64,000 bases of DNA, from contig CM119264.1 in the NCBI GenBank assembly GCA_051294375.1, forward strand, positions 19,103,590-19,167,589, written 5' to 3'. Made by a program: the position numbers and the translations under genes. The first letter of the stretch is position 1. Every line of letters starts with the position of its first letter. Below are positions 52,550-64,000 of the stretch, in pieces. The notes under the pieces were generated by a model that worked only from the letters and a program-made list of their open reading frames with translations, was not told the DNA's origin and made no database searches. This DNA is from Paraspadella gotoi. Lineage: Eukaryota > Animalia > Chaetognatha.

Positions 52550-55500
52550 ATGGTAAGTTTTACTCTTTTCGATGTTTGTTACGGTGTCGAGCGAATGACG
52601 TTGATATCTATGTGTTGCAGAATAAAAACATATTGAGAATATGTCAGTGTTAATCACGGTTTTACGAAAATACTCAGTCATGCGTGTCTGATTAAAAGGG
52701 GGTGGATATCGCGACGTTATGTTTGTTACGGTGGGTCGAGTTGTCAACTTTGGTCCACTTGATTTAATTTAACTAAATTAATTCTACCGGAATCTTCCAG
52801 AGTTTCTTCGGTCTCGGCCAAGCGGCTGATATTGACGTTGTGCTCAGCGATCAAGACACAAGAAAAACAGCGGAAATTAAATCTGACGACGGAAAAAAGA
52901 AGAGACATTTTCTCTTTTACGATGGCGAATCAGTTTCGGGAAAGGTAGGTTACGAGAACCGTGAAACTTGGAAGTCCAGGAATAATGTTTTAAATTCTCT
53001 TTGTTACTGGCGTGGCATGACAATGTGCTTATTTACATTAAAGTTATTTATACTTATTGCGATTTGAAAGTATAAATTTTAAGAATTTTCGTGGCCGATG
53101 TCGTTACTTGCGACGTTTATAGGCAATCCCAAACATTTTTAATTTTAGTCATTATTAATTTTGAATTCGACCATAATATTAGACGTAATTGTAACAAAAA
53201 TTGACAAAAGTCTCGGGACCATCGCAGTGAAGCCTAATTTTTGGTAAATCATTAGGTAAATATAACATTGCGGAAACCTGGGACGAAACTTGAACATCAA
53301 GGAATCAAAATCGAGTTTGTGGGTCAGATTGAACTCTACTACGATCGTGGAAATCACCATGAATTTACCAGTCTGGTCAAGGTAGCTGCTTTGGTTTTGG
53401 TGACATTGTGTATTTAGTTAATTGCAGACAGTTTTGGTTTTTTCGATAGGAACTCGCTCGTCCCGGGATTCTCACTCAAAGTACTAGCTACGATTTTGAG
53501 TTTGTCAACGTCGAGAAACCTTACGAATCCTATACGGGAACTAATGTCCGGCTAAGGTGAGCAGATTAAGCAAATTAGTTCCACCTTATCTAAATAGATG
53601 CTATTCTTAAATTTGCAATATATGAATTCCTAAGACCCTAATATAAATATTTGTAAGTTTTTGTTATTTCGAATCACAACAGGTATTTCCTAAAAGTTAC
53701 TGTCGTAAAACGGATATCCGACCAAGTTGAAGAGTTAGAACTCGTTACACACACTCTGTCTGTTTTTCCGGAAATGAATCATAGGTATTTCTTATTCCAT
53801 AAATTAATGGTTTGCATATATTACTTCTTCGCTTTATTTAATGGATTCCTTGATTTCAGCATCAAAATGGAGGTTGGAATCGAGGATTGTCTTCACATTG
53901 AATTTGAATACAATAAAAGCAAGTACCACTTAAAGGACGTCATCGTCGGAAAGATTTATTTCCTTTTGGTCCGAATAAAAATCAAACACATGGAACTCGC
54001 CATAATTAAAAAGGAAACTACCGGATCAGGTAAGCTGCCAAGTTTTTTCTCTTTCCCAAGTACATTTCTTTTGCCCCCTGTATTTTCTCTACGCTCCATT
54101 CTCTTGCCGCATGTATTATTTATCACGTTGTTTTAAATATTGTCATCATCCCCATTTTCTTACAGGTCCGAACACATTCAACGAGAACGAAACAATCGCT
54201 AAGTACGAGATCATGGACGGCGCACCCGTCCGCGGAGAGACGATTCCGATTCGCCTCTTCCTTTCTGGCTACGACATGACTCCGACGATGAGAGACATCA
54301 ACAAAAAATTTTCCGTCAAATATTACCTCAACCTTGTCCTCGTTGACGAGGAGGAGCGAAGGTACATTCTTTTTGATTAGTGTTGGTAGCCATAGCCGAT
54401 GAAATTTAAATGCTAATGTATACAGAGTTTAAATAATCTATCATGAACATAGATTATGGTATTAAAAAATTTTATGTCAAAAATGCTTTCTTCTGAGAGT
54501 ACTAAGCCTAAATAAAATTATTATATTACTAAATAAAGAAAAAAAATTGAAATTTTAAAATTTTATGATGGATTCTGATAGAGCATAAAAAGTTGAGCAA
54601 GAAATATAATTACGGCTTTTAAAAATTCTTATGTTTTCCAAGTGTAAATGTAAAAAACTGATAAAATCATCTGAAGATGATGAGTTTTTAGTTTTTCTTA
54701 TTTTATTTTGTTTAAAAAAAATTGCCTTACCTATCTATAAATAAATATTAAAAAATTAATTACTAGGGTATAGAGCCATAACATAATTTTTTTGTCCATT
54801 AAAAATGTCTAAATTTTCATTTGAGTATGTACTCACTTTAAATATTTGACTAACCCATTGAGTGGGCCTACCCCTAGTGTTGGGACAACAAATAATAGGG
54901 GGGAGTTTTCCGGAGCGTTTTCTTTATAAATGCTCTGTAGCTTTTACTAATACTACTTATAACAATTTACGTAAGTAGTGGCTCCGAACTTAAATTACTC
55001 ATTGATAATATTACATATTTCATATTAATTTAAAAATTTAGTCTGGCTTAATTTTACATACGCGACTAGTGTTAGGGGTAGTTTATTGTTGGGGTAGTAT
55101 AAGGTTAGAAGTCATTTAGGATAGGAGTATATAGGTTAATTTTTTAGTCTGATTTTTTGTACATGACTTAATTTGGGGTTAGGGGTGTTTAGGGTTAGTA
55201 GTAATCTAGGGTTAGTAGTATTTTAGGGTTTGGGGTATTTTAGGGTTTGGGGTATTTTAGGGTTAGGGTAGTTAAATTTTTAAAAATTTTTCTAATATTA
55301 AATTTTTATACATTGTTACTCATAACATAAGAAACAAAAATCCTAGTTGGCTAATGTAAAATTTTACTGTGAGGAAAATAGAGGTTTTGAATCTAATAAT
55401 TACGCTGTTTTGGTTTTATTCGTCAGAGGCTAAAGTTTCCTCCCCAAAAATTAAGTTCATTTACGTAGTATCCTAACTGCTAAATCTGAATAGCAATTTA

Positions 55501-56165
55501 AAATTGTCCCACCCGGCTTTGAGGAATTTAAACCCTCAAACCCTTTCTCCTTTTTCACCTTCTCTGTAATGATTTAGATTTTTTCCTGCCAGATATTTCA
55601 AACAACAAGAAATAGTTCTTTGGCGAAAAGGAGAGAAGAAGACGCGCGTCATTCAATCGCCTTCGGCATCAATGATGACGGCAGTCGACGCGTCTCCAAG
55701 TCACTACGGTCACCTCAACCCGTCCATACGGAACAGGGTGCCGTATCTCCTGTGTCGCCCGAAAATTCGGGTAACGCCGATCTATAACCCTAGGGCAAAA
55801 AATGATCTTATTTTGTCGCAAATGTACCGCAATAGATTCTTCCAAGGTCTTATTTCATATTTTTGTGATAAAAACTTTAAAACTTGACTTTTTTAAGCAA
55901 CGACACCCGGTATGGAAACTTCGCCGCACGTCAACAGTTTCAAGACGCCGCTCATCCTTCGGCGACCACACCGCTTCCGACTTCTCCCTCGCGTCCCCCG
56001 CAAGTGCTAAAGCCAAAACGCAATGACGCCGATAAAGACTCCCAGGATGAAGATGTGATAAACTCCGGAGACATACCCGTCGTTGGCGGCACCGATGCTC
56101 ACAACGGCGGCATCTCGCCAGAAGGACCGTCGGTTAGGGAGACCGAAGGGTTGGCCGCTTCGTAG
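52550..56165 (+). CDS. VPS26: Vacuolar protein sorting 26 (retromer subunit)
   Basis: ATG|gtaag then SFFGLGQ...[96 protein letters not shown]. Confidence 0.96.
54387..54876. mobile_element. Probable hAT-type MITE; a related copy lies at about 49982-50840
   Basis: Right end GGCCTACCCCTA; flanking GTGTTGG on both sides. Shares ATTCTGATAGAGC and CTATAAATAAATATTA blocks with the GPCR intron. Confidence 0.45.
55070..55272 (+). repeat. TTAGGG-containing G-rich minisatellite (about 18-bp unit GTATTTTAGGGTTTGGG)
   Basis: Direct observation in a VPS26 intron. Confidence 0.8.
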
Positions 56166-57238
56166 ATTGTTGTTGCGTTGCGTGCTCTCGCCTTCCTGGT
56201 TTTTTACTCCTCCCGACGCTGCCGGTCAGCTCTTCACAAACTTTTTTCTTGATATGGAAGTCGACCTTTGTTTTGGGTAAATTCCATTAGTCTCGTGTTT
56301 TCGAAACAAAATTTTGAGTGAAAAGATATCCCTTTTACTGTGGAATTAATATTAGATTTACTTGGATAATTAAATAGCCATCTGGTTTTAAAGAAAATGT
56401 TCATTATCCAATCAAAACTCATCACCTAGGATCTATGCAGAAGAAAAAAACTTTTATAATTTGTTAATTAAAGTAGAAAATTGGCATTAAATGCTTAATA
56501 CCGAGTCACGCGTTCTAAATATATTAGCCTATAACTTCTTCAAAAGTAACTAATTATATAGTGAAGATTACTAATTTTCGTTTTCCAAACTTATTTGACT
56601 AGTTTGCCTAAATAAGTAAAGTTTGTTTATTTTTGTCAGAATTTAAATTCCTTTCACGGGTGGTTTCATAGTTTTGATAGCATTTGTGAAATTGCCAATT
56701 CATGCCTTCACTTTTCAAAAACTTTTGTATTTTAGGATCGCTACATAAAATTTTTAATTTAAAATGTTTTATTCCACAGTTCTAGTCCAATTGTTGCTTT
56801 TTGTGATGAGTGTTCTTATATTGAAGACGCGTGACTAGTCACTGAGCCATATTTTTTCCCTCGTCTTCATGTACCCTAAGTAAAAAAAAATAGTCAACGG
56901 TATTTCGATCAGGATTATTTCCAGATTGTTCCATGTTTATTGGTTTCAGTAATTGAAAATTTTTGTCAAACGGTTCTTTTATATATCAAGCAGCGTACAT
57001 TCCAAATTTGTAAGTTTATTCCTAAACACCAATAAAAGTTAGGGATATCGTCAATGACTTGTAATGTTCAACTCCAAATATTGTTTCATTGCATATGTTA
57101 ACGGAGTTTCGATTTTATATAATAATTCAAATGGCCTTTTGATGATTTATCTTGTAAATTAAGTACAAATTATATAGTAGTGGAAAAAATACTGATTTTC
57201 TTTGCAAAATTTTTTTCTAGGAATGATCGATTAGTTAG

Positions 57239-57813
57239 TAGAGTGATGTGAAAATTATAAAATTGTATAAAATTAAAATTTAGTATATAGAACATAAAAA
57301 TAAAAACCAATAAAAATATTTTAGTTAATTTATTTTTTAGTTTTATAGTAAGCTATATTTATACATAATAATAAGTATATAAGTCTAAAATTTTACAATG
57401 CAATTTTTTAAATTTTAAAATCGGATTTGGATTCTTTGCAAAAAGCTGATATAAGAAAGTAAAATTTTTTTAAAAAATTATTTTATTAAGTTGGTTAAAA
57501 AAATAAAAAATTATAATTAAAATATTAATTTTTAATTTCTAGCTTAAAAATATATTTTTTTATAATTTTAACCTACTTAATAATATAATTTTTGAAAAAG
57601 ATTTATATTTTTTTTTTGATCAAATTTTTATAAGGAATATGAATCTTCTCATAATATAAAAAAAAAGTTTAAATTTTGATATAATATAAAGGTAGTATTA
57701 TATACAAATTAAGGCTGGATTGGCGTTATTATATTTGCTAAAAAAAATTAATTATAAATTAGTATTCATTAATATGATAGTTTTTAAGATATATAAAATT
57801 TTACTTCACCCTA
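57239..57813. mobile_element. AT-rich palindromic MITE with 8-bp target-site duplication (hAT-like)
   Basis: Ends TAGAGTGA / TCACCCTA; TTAGTTAG on both sides (57231-57238 and 57814-57821); internal inverted match 57471-57500 versus 57566-57595. Confidence 0.7.
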
Positions 57814-59793
57814 TTAGTTAGCTTCTATGTTAAGAATTTGTTAGTTAGTACGATGTTCCTTTGAAAATTTTAAGATTAAGTTTTTTCTGCCTATGTTTTG
57901 CTTAAAATTTTAAATTTGGAACTATGTTATTTCAAAAGTCGCTGAATATTACTCACGCTCTTTTTGATATTCAATTTTTAAAAAAAATTATTCTTTGACA
58001 ATATTTTGTGTAAATTATTAATCATTATTGTTTGTTCTTTTCTGTGGTATTTTTAAGCACAAAAGATTGTATTCAATTCTAAAGGCAGTTGATGTTCTAT
58101 TGTTGGATTCCTTGTTGCCTCTCCTTGTTCTGACGACGGTACCACCAACTGCAGGGAATTGTTGAAACTCGCCATTTGCAATATTATTCTACGTCTGGGC
58201 TGATCCATGTTTTTCTCGGTGAGTTAACTGTTTGAAACAGAAAAATGGGATATTTCATATTTTAAAAGTTCGTGAAAACGTCGCTTTAAGGGAAAGTATA
58301 TGGGAAACGCTTGATAACCTAAAGGAAATGCATCCGACGTGGTTTTCGACTAAATGCACACTAGTTGGGAAGAAATTCTCTTGTAGTCCTAGTATTTGTT
58401 AAATAATATTAATTTCTTTTAGCGTCTGTTGGAACATTGTTCGATCGAGTTCAAAGCACCTTTGTCGGCTACTGCTGTCATACTGGATTTCTTTTCAAGG
58501 TAGCAATGTTGTATTTTGTTTCTTGTAAAATAATCACTATGATTAATGGCGAACTGACTTTTAATAAGTGCTTCTAGATACCAGTTTTTGTGAGCAGTCA
58601 CATGACCACTTAAATATATTCCAGATTTTTAAGATTTAAAAGAAGAGCGTAATTCTTTCAACAAAATTAAAAAAAATATTTTGAACCTAAATTTGTCAAG
58701 TTTTATTTATTTTTAGGTCGGTTATGTGGTTGATAATAACGTATTTAAAAGATTTTGCTAAATAAGCCTATTCTTTCATCCTTAACCCATGTAAACGAGG
58801 GGATCTCTGTCTGGTCAAGGTTATATAAAGAAAATCGGTAGGAAATTTACTATTTAGGGCTAAGCTTATTATTGTTTCCATGGATTAGCTAACACTGCTA
58901 ACAGTGATCCATTTTTGTAATTTTGAAATTTTGAGAACCTTAAAGAAGCATAAATACGAATACAAATAGAACTTCATCCTTGATTTGTTTGGGTTTCTTT
59001 TTTCCCCTCCCCAAACTACCCTCCCATCTTAGTCGCAATATCGTCATGTGGGTTTTTTTCTCTCCGCCCGTGTCTTGTGTCTCTATCAGAGCAAACCCAG
59101 CATCGAACTCATCCAACTCCTACATTAGCCGCAAAAATTATGGTCCTGCGTTCGCCCCTCTTGCGAATGGCGTGGGACATATCTTCGGTCACGCCCCCTC
59201 GAGCGCGAGCGTCGGCGACCCTCATAGAGAGAGAAATAACCTTTCAAGAATTGCTCTGTCACACGACTATCCCTCTTGTGGGATCCGGAATGAAGCAAAT
59301 ATCGGTTTTTATCCTTGAAGACGGAGGGGTTGTATCTGGCCCAAATTTTCAACGGGGTTCGGCAATAGTTTCGCAGGAAAAGGTGCGACAATAGCTTCGT
59401 TTATAATATCATTTTTCAATCATGAGTTAACTGATAATTGTAAGTCTTCTTGGCGGTCGCACCTTTTGTTCGTGTAGCTAGTGCAGAGTGAATCTTTTTG
59501 GTTCTGCCCTTCAGAGATGCATCCTATCTTCCATCTGAGAGAGAAAGATGTAGAGTTGTGGCGCTCAAGTTGACGTTGACCTGGGGTAAGTTAAATAAAA
59601 ATATGCCATTACGACGAAAGTTAAGACTCTCCCTCTCGGTTTTCTCCCAGGACAATTTCATCCACCCCCATCCTCATTCCATCTCCGTGTCCTTCTCTTC
59701 CTGTGAGTTAGCGCCCCAAGCGCTCCTTGGCTGACGCTTTTTGGACACCCTGTTGCGGTTTAAGTCACCGTCTACGACGCGTCAGCCGTTTCC

Positions 59794-62700
59794 ATGAGAG
59801 GGCCCACGCAAGGAAATACGTCTTCCTTTCTGGGACCGGCAAGTGCAATGTCCGGACCCCCACCGCCACCCTTCATGGGTTCTCCGATGGCCCCGCCACC
59901 CCCGCCGCCGGGTTTTAACAACGTACCTCCTCCTCCGCCAGGTTTCGGACCGCCGTTAGGAATTAATGGACCACCTGCGATGCCGGCGCCGCCGCCGCCG
60001 CCTCCGGGTTCGTCATTCTTATTCTTGGAACCTGAGGGCTTACCGTCCGGCCAGCTTCCTAATACCTCTTTACATTTCAGGGATGACATGTCCACCTCCT
60101 CCGGGTACTACTTCGCCTGTGAAGTCTGGGCTAAGCGAGGTTTTGCCTCCGCCTCCTGTTCCTCCCTTTCTGGACGATCCTTCTCCCCCAAAAATTAAAG
60201 ATGAGCTTGGGCTGTTACTGCCTCCACAGATATCGACAGACGGGAAATTGAACGGCGAAGTCTTAGTGAAGTCTGAACCCGATGCCGTGCCCAATGGCTC
60301 TTGCAAAGAAGAGATGGCCGAACCAGAAGGAAACCACACGATGAAAGCGCCCTCACCTTGCAAAGAAATCAAAGAAATGAAGAAAGGTACCTGAAATTTT
60401 GAAGATTAAGAATTTGATCTTTTGGTACAGTCCTGTGCAAAAGACTTAAATCCTAAATAGCGCGTTTTATGCATGTATTGAAAAAAAATTGTTATTGGTC
60501 AATATAAATTTTTAATAGTAGAATCAATATGTGCAAGTTTAAAAAAAATCGGTCCAACCATTCAAGAGCTATAGCAACTGAAAGACAAATAGTTAAAACC
60601 AAAAAATGGGGGGAAAAAACATTTTGAAGATCCGAGGAAAACCAAGGATGCCGTTCAGGACGTTGTATTCATGTATCATAAAAACTGGGTATGGAAAGAG
60701 TTGATTTTTAAAAAAAGAATACATATGTGTAAGTTTTTTGTGTGTTGGTTGAAATATTAGTATTTAAACTGAGAATTTGTATGAAATCGAGTAAGTGGGA
60801 ATTAGTTTGTGAAAAAAAAATACTGCATTGATAGTGTTAGAGCCTTAAAAGGTAACCCAGTTATTCATACATGAATTACAAATAAATGCTATTAAAAAAT
60901 CTGAGTCCGATAGATTTTAAATCGTGTTTATAATCAATTGTGCCACCCCTGTAGAGAATTTTATCTCGATATTTTCAACCACTCCATTTTTAAACGGTCA
61001 GTATATTTGGACGCACTGTAGTTGCATTAAACCTTATGTATCATATTTTAGAAGCTGAGCAATATGGCGCTGTTCTGGCTGGCCCCGGGGCTAAGATGAT
61101 CTTCTCGAGACCCGTTGTTCCGCCGATTCTACCCAAACTAAGTTCTGTGCAACAAGAACTTGTCACACAGGCCAAAAAGTACGCTATGGAACAGAGCATC
61201 AAATCTGTTCTCGTCAAGCAGGTATTTATAATACGTCACGTCGTCAGTGTTATTATGGCAATAGGTACGAATAAAGAATATGAATTTTGATTCTAGAAAG
61301 ACCAAAATGAACTTTTTCGCCTTTTAATATTTTCATAGGTCCTTTTAAAAACATAAATGAACTTAATTTATGAAATTTTTTTTGTATTTGATATTACAAA
61401 ATATGTATAACCTAGGCTAGAATAGTTTGACTACTTACCATAATGGAAAAAAAAATTGTCGGGGTTTGGAAAAGTCAGTTAATTTTTTTATCAAATATAT
61501 TTTTTAGCAAATAAAAAAGTTTTAATATATAATATAATTTTTTTAAGTTTGTTATTTATTTTTCTGTATCATTGTTGTACATTGCCAAAATGTAAATAAT
61601 TTTTTTTTCTCTCTCTCTTTCTCCCATTCTTTCTTTATTTCAAATTTTACCTAACTTATTCCTTCCCTGTCCTTACCTTTACCTGTCCTTATAACTGATC
61701 ACTATCCTTTATTCGATACTCTCTATCTCTTTCTCTCTTGTTGATTGTCAAAATTATGATGAAGACTTTAACTGCAGCATCGAAACAGGTCCGACTAAAT
61801 CGTTTAAATATAATTTGTTAATAAATAATTCAAAATTGTTTTTCTCAAGATTCTTATATAAAAATATCGAAAAATAGCTGGATAGTAACCGCGACAATTT
61901 TTTTTCCATCATGGTATCACCCAGTAGCTTAATTGCTTCAAAATTATCTTGCAGACCATCGCGCACCAACAGCAAAAAATGGCTACGCTGCAGAATTCTA
62001 TCCAAAAACAACAGGCCCTTGCGTTAATGTGCAGAATATATGTGGGTAGCATCAACTTTGAATTGAGGGAAGACACACTAAAGCAGGTTTAACAATTACC
62101 ATATTATGAAATTTTAGACTCTTGTAGAAAAATGTTTTTGTCTCAGGCATTTGCTCCGTTTGGTCCCATCAAAAATGTTTCGTTGTCGTGGGATCCACAG
62201 CTAAACAAACATAAAGGGTTTGCCTTTGTCGAGTACGAGATTCCCGAGAGCGCGCATTTAGCTCTGGACCAGGTATTATAATTTATATTATGAAGCGTAT
62301 TTTATATTCAAGGACTGCGTAGTGCGTACAGCTTCTCAAACTTTTGGTGATGCTCTTTCAGATGAACGGAGTTATGATGGGAGGCCGAAACATTAAGGTG
62401 GGAAGGCCGTCGAACATGCCTCAGGCGCAACCAATTATTGAAGCTGTGAGTTATTATAGTATGAACCAAATACAACACATATTTGAAATTTTTTTTATTT
62501 ATTCTTCCAATAAAAAAAAAGCTCGCAGAAGAAGCCCACAATGCCAATCGCATATTTATCGCTTCAATTCACAATGAACTCACTGAAATGGATGTCCGTT
62601 CCGTGTTTGAAGCCTTTGGGAAAATAAATTCTTGCCAGCTGGCGCCGGCGCCTGTTGGCGGATGTGGGAAGCACCGTGGTTTTGGATTCATCGAGTACGA

Positions 62701-63851
62701 CACTCAGCAGGCTGCCCAAGACGCCATCGCATCCATGAATCTCTTTGATTTAGGTTCGTCGTGGATAATATTAGAGAGTAAAAAATAAAATAAAATTGTA
62801 CAAATAATACAAAATAGTACAAAATATTTTTTTTCTGCATTAGGCGGACAGTACCTTCGTGTAGGAAAAGCCATCACTCCAGCAGACGCCATTATTGGTG
62901 GTTCGCCGACAGTTGTGACTACTACATCTTCTGTGGTGTTGCAACCTATGCCTACAGCTGCTGCTGTAGCGGCGGCGGCGGCCACCGCCAAAATTCAAGC
63001 AATGGAGGCAATTGAGGCACCAAAGGTAGTTGTACCGAAATTGGGGTCTCCTGCACAATCTGTCATTCCTCCACCAGGTAAGTCCCTTTCGACCTTTGTT
63101 ATGTTACTTAATCTTTAATTTTATTTTGATTTTTTATAAAAATTTATTCAGCGGTCGTCACTATCCCTACTTTGTCCGTAACATCTTCTCCATCTATGGC
63201 TCCTGGCATTGTGACGCCTCTTCTCACGACGTCTACGGTACCTCCGCCCACATCTTCGGGGCCTCCTTCTCTCATGGATGTACAAGTGACGCCGACGGGA
63301 GCTTTGGCTCAGGTCTACTACTCGATATAAAATTTTGCTTGTTTTGTTAATTTGGTTAATCTGTAGATTCTGTTTTATACTACGTAAGTGGAAATAATAT
63401 ACGTAATTTTCGTATTTTAACTGACATTTTGATTCTGTTAGGCTCAAGCCGCGCTCGCTGCAGCAGCGAAAGCGGCTCAGGAAGCAGCCGTGGCTGCCGG
63501 ATTGGCCACGCCGGATGGAGCCATTTTACCCGATAAAATGGAAGAAGAAATGGTTGAAAAATCTTTGCATGCCCAGGAAGAGGGAATGAAGGCAAGTTCT
63601 TACGGCAATTATGTAAATTAACTGCAAGATAGCTTTGAATTATATGGTAAAAAATTTGTTTCCTTGCTTAGGTTTCTGGTTCAAGTCAACGACACATGGT
63701 AATGCAAAAGCTTATGTCGCGGAAACTGCAATCTCGGGTTGTCATTTTGCGAAACATGGTGGGTCCTGACGACATTGACGAGGAGCTGGAGGAAGAAGTA
63801 ACATCGGAATGCGAGTCATTTGGCAATGTGGAAAGAGTTATAATATATCAG
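59794..63851 (+). CDS. PUF60: Poly(U)-binding splicing factor PUF60/half pint (3' end beyond window; start uncertain)
   Basis: [17 protein letters not shown]|[88 protein letters not shown]. Confidence 0.95.
61670..61850 (+). mobile_element. Degenerate copy of the hammerhead/Penelope-type repeat in a PUF60 intron
   Basis: TTGATTGTCAAAATTATGATGAAGAC...TCGAAACAGGTCCGACTAAAT aligns with the reverse complement of 50490-50549; upstream CTGATCACTATCCTTTA also matches. Confidence 0.65.
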
Positions 63852-64000
63852 GTCATTGATTGACTGCTAATGAATTCCTAAAATTCCCTATACGTAGATG
63901 CGTATCCTGAACTCTCCCTGTCAATTACTTTATGAAGATGTCGATACGCCGCAACACATTCAAACTTTCTAGATTCCCATATTTTTGAGATGCCGTATCG

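Noticed and set aside
52571-52740. Direct repeat ATGTTTGTTACGGTG(G)GTCGAG x2 in VPS26 intron 1
   Set aside because: Only two short copies; not an array, and no function can be supported.
59772-60372. Gly-rich minus-strand ORFs
   Set aside because: Reverse complement of the poly-proline exons.
60426-61020. Tc1/mariner MITE with TA-CAGT termini
   Set aside because: The two ends match only over the first few bases; insufficient support.

Overview
Gene-dense, AT-rich eukaryotic (invertebrate animal, probably spiralian) genomic DNA with many short GT-AG introns, several N gaps and local indel-rich patches. Genes reconstructed by hand across splice sites: atypical dual-specificity phosphatase (+), ZDHHC12-like palmitoyltransferase (+), SAMD15-like (-), intron-poor TRPM channel (-), Gyc-88E-type atypical soluble guanylyl cyclase (-), HAD-IIA phosphatase (+), ZnT1-type zinc transporter (-), kainate-like iGluR (+), class A GPCR (-), VPS26 (+) and PUF60 (+, running off the end). 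Most notable: (1) a Kv-like gene nested antisense in the 7.1-kb cyclase intron that keeps T1 and S1-S6 but has lost the GYG filter and PVP hinge and carries a tyrosine-motif repeat tail; (2) a dispersed family of short Penelope-type elements carrying minimal hammerhead-ribozyme motifs in introns (three intact cores plus degenerate or foldback copies, mostly sense to the host gene); (3) alternative CaaX-ending terminal exons of the cyclase. All exon boundaries are manual predictions without transcript support.
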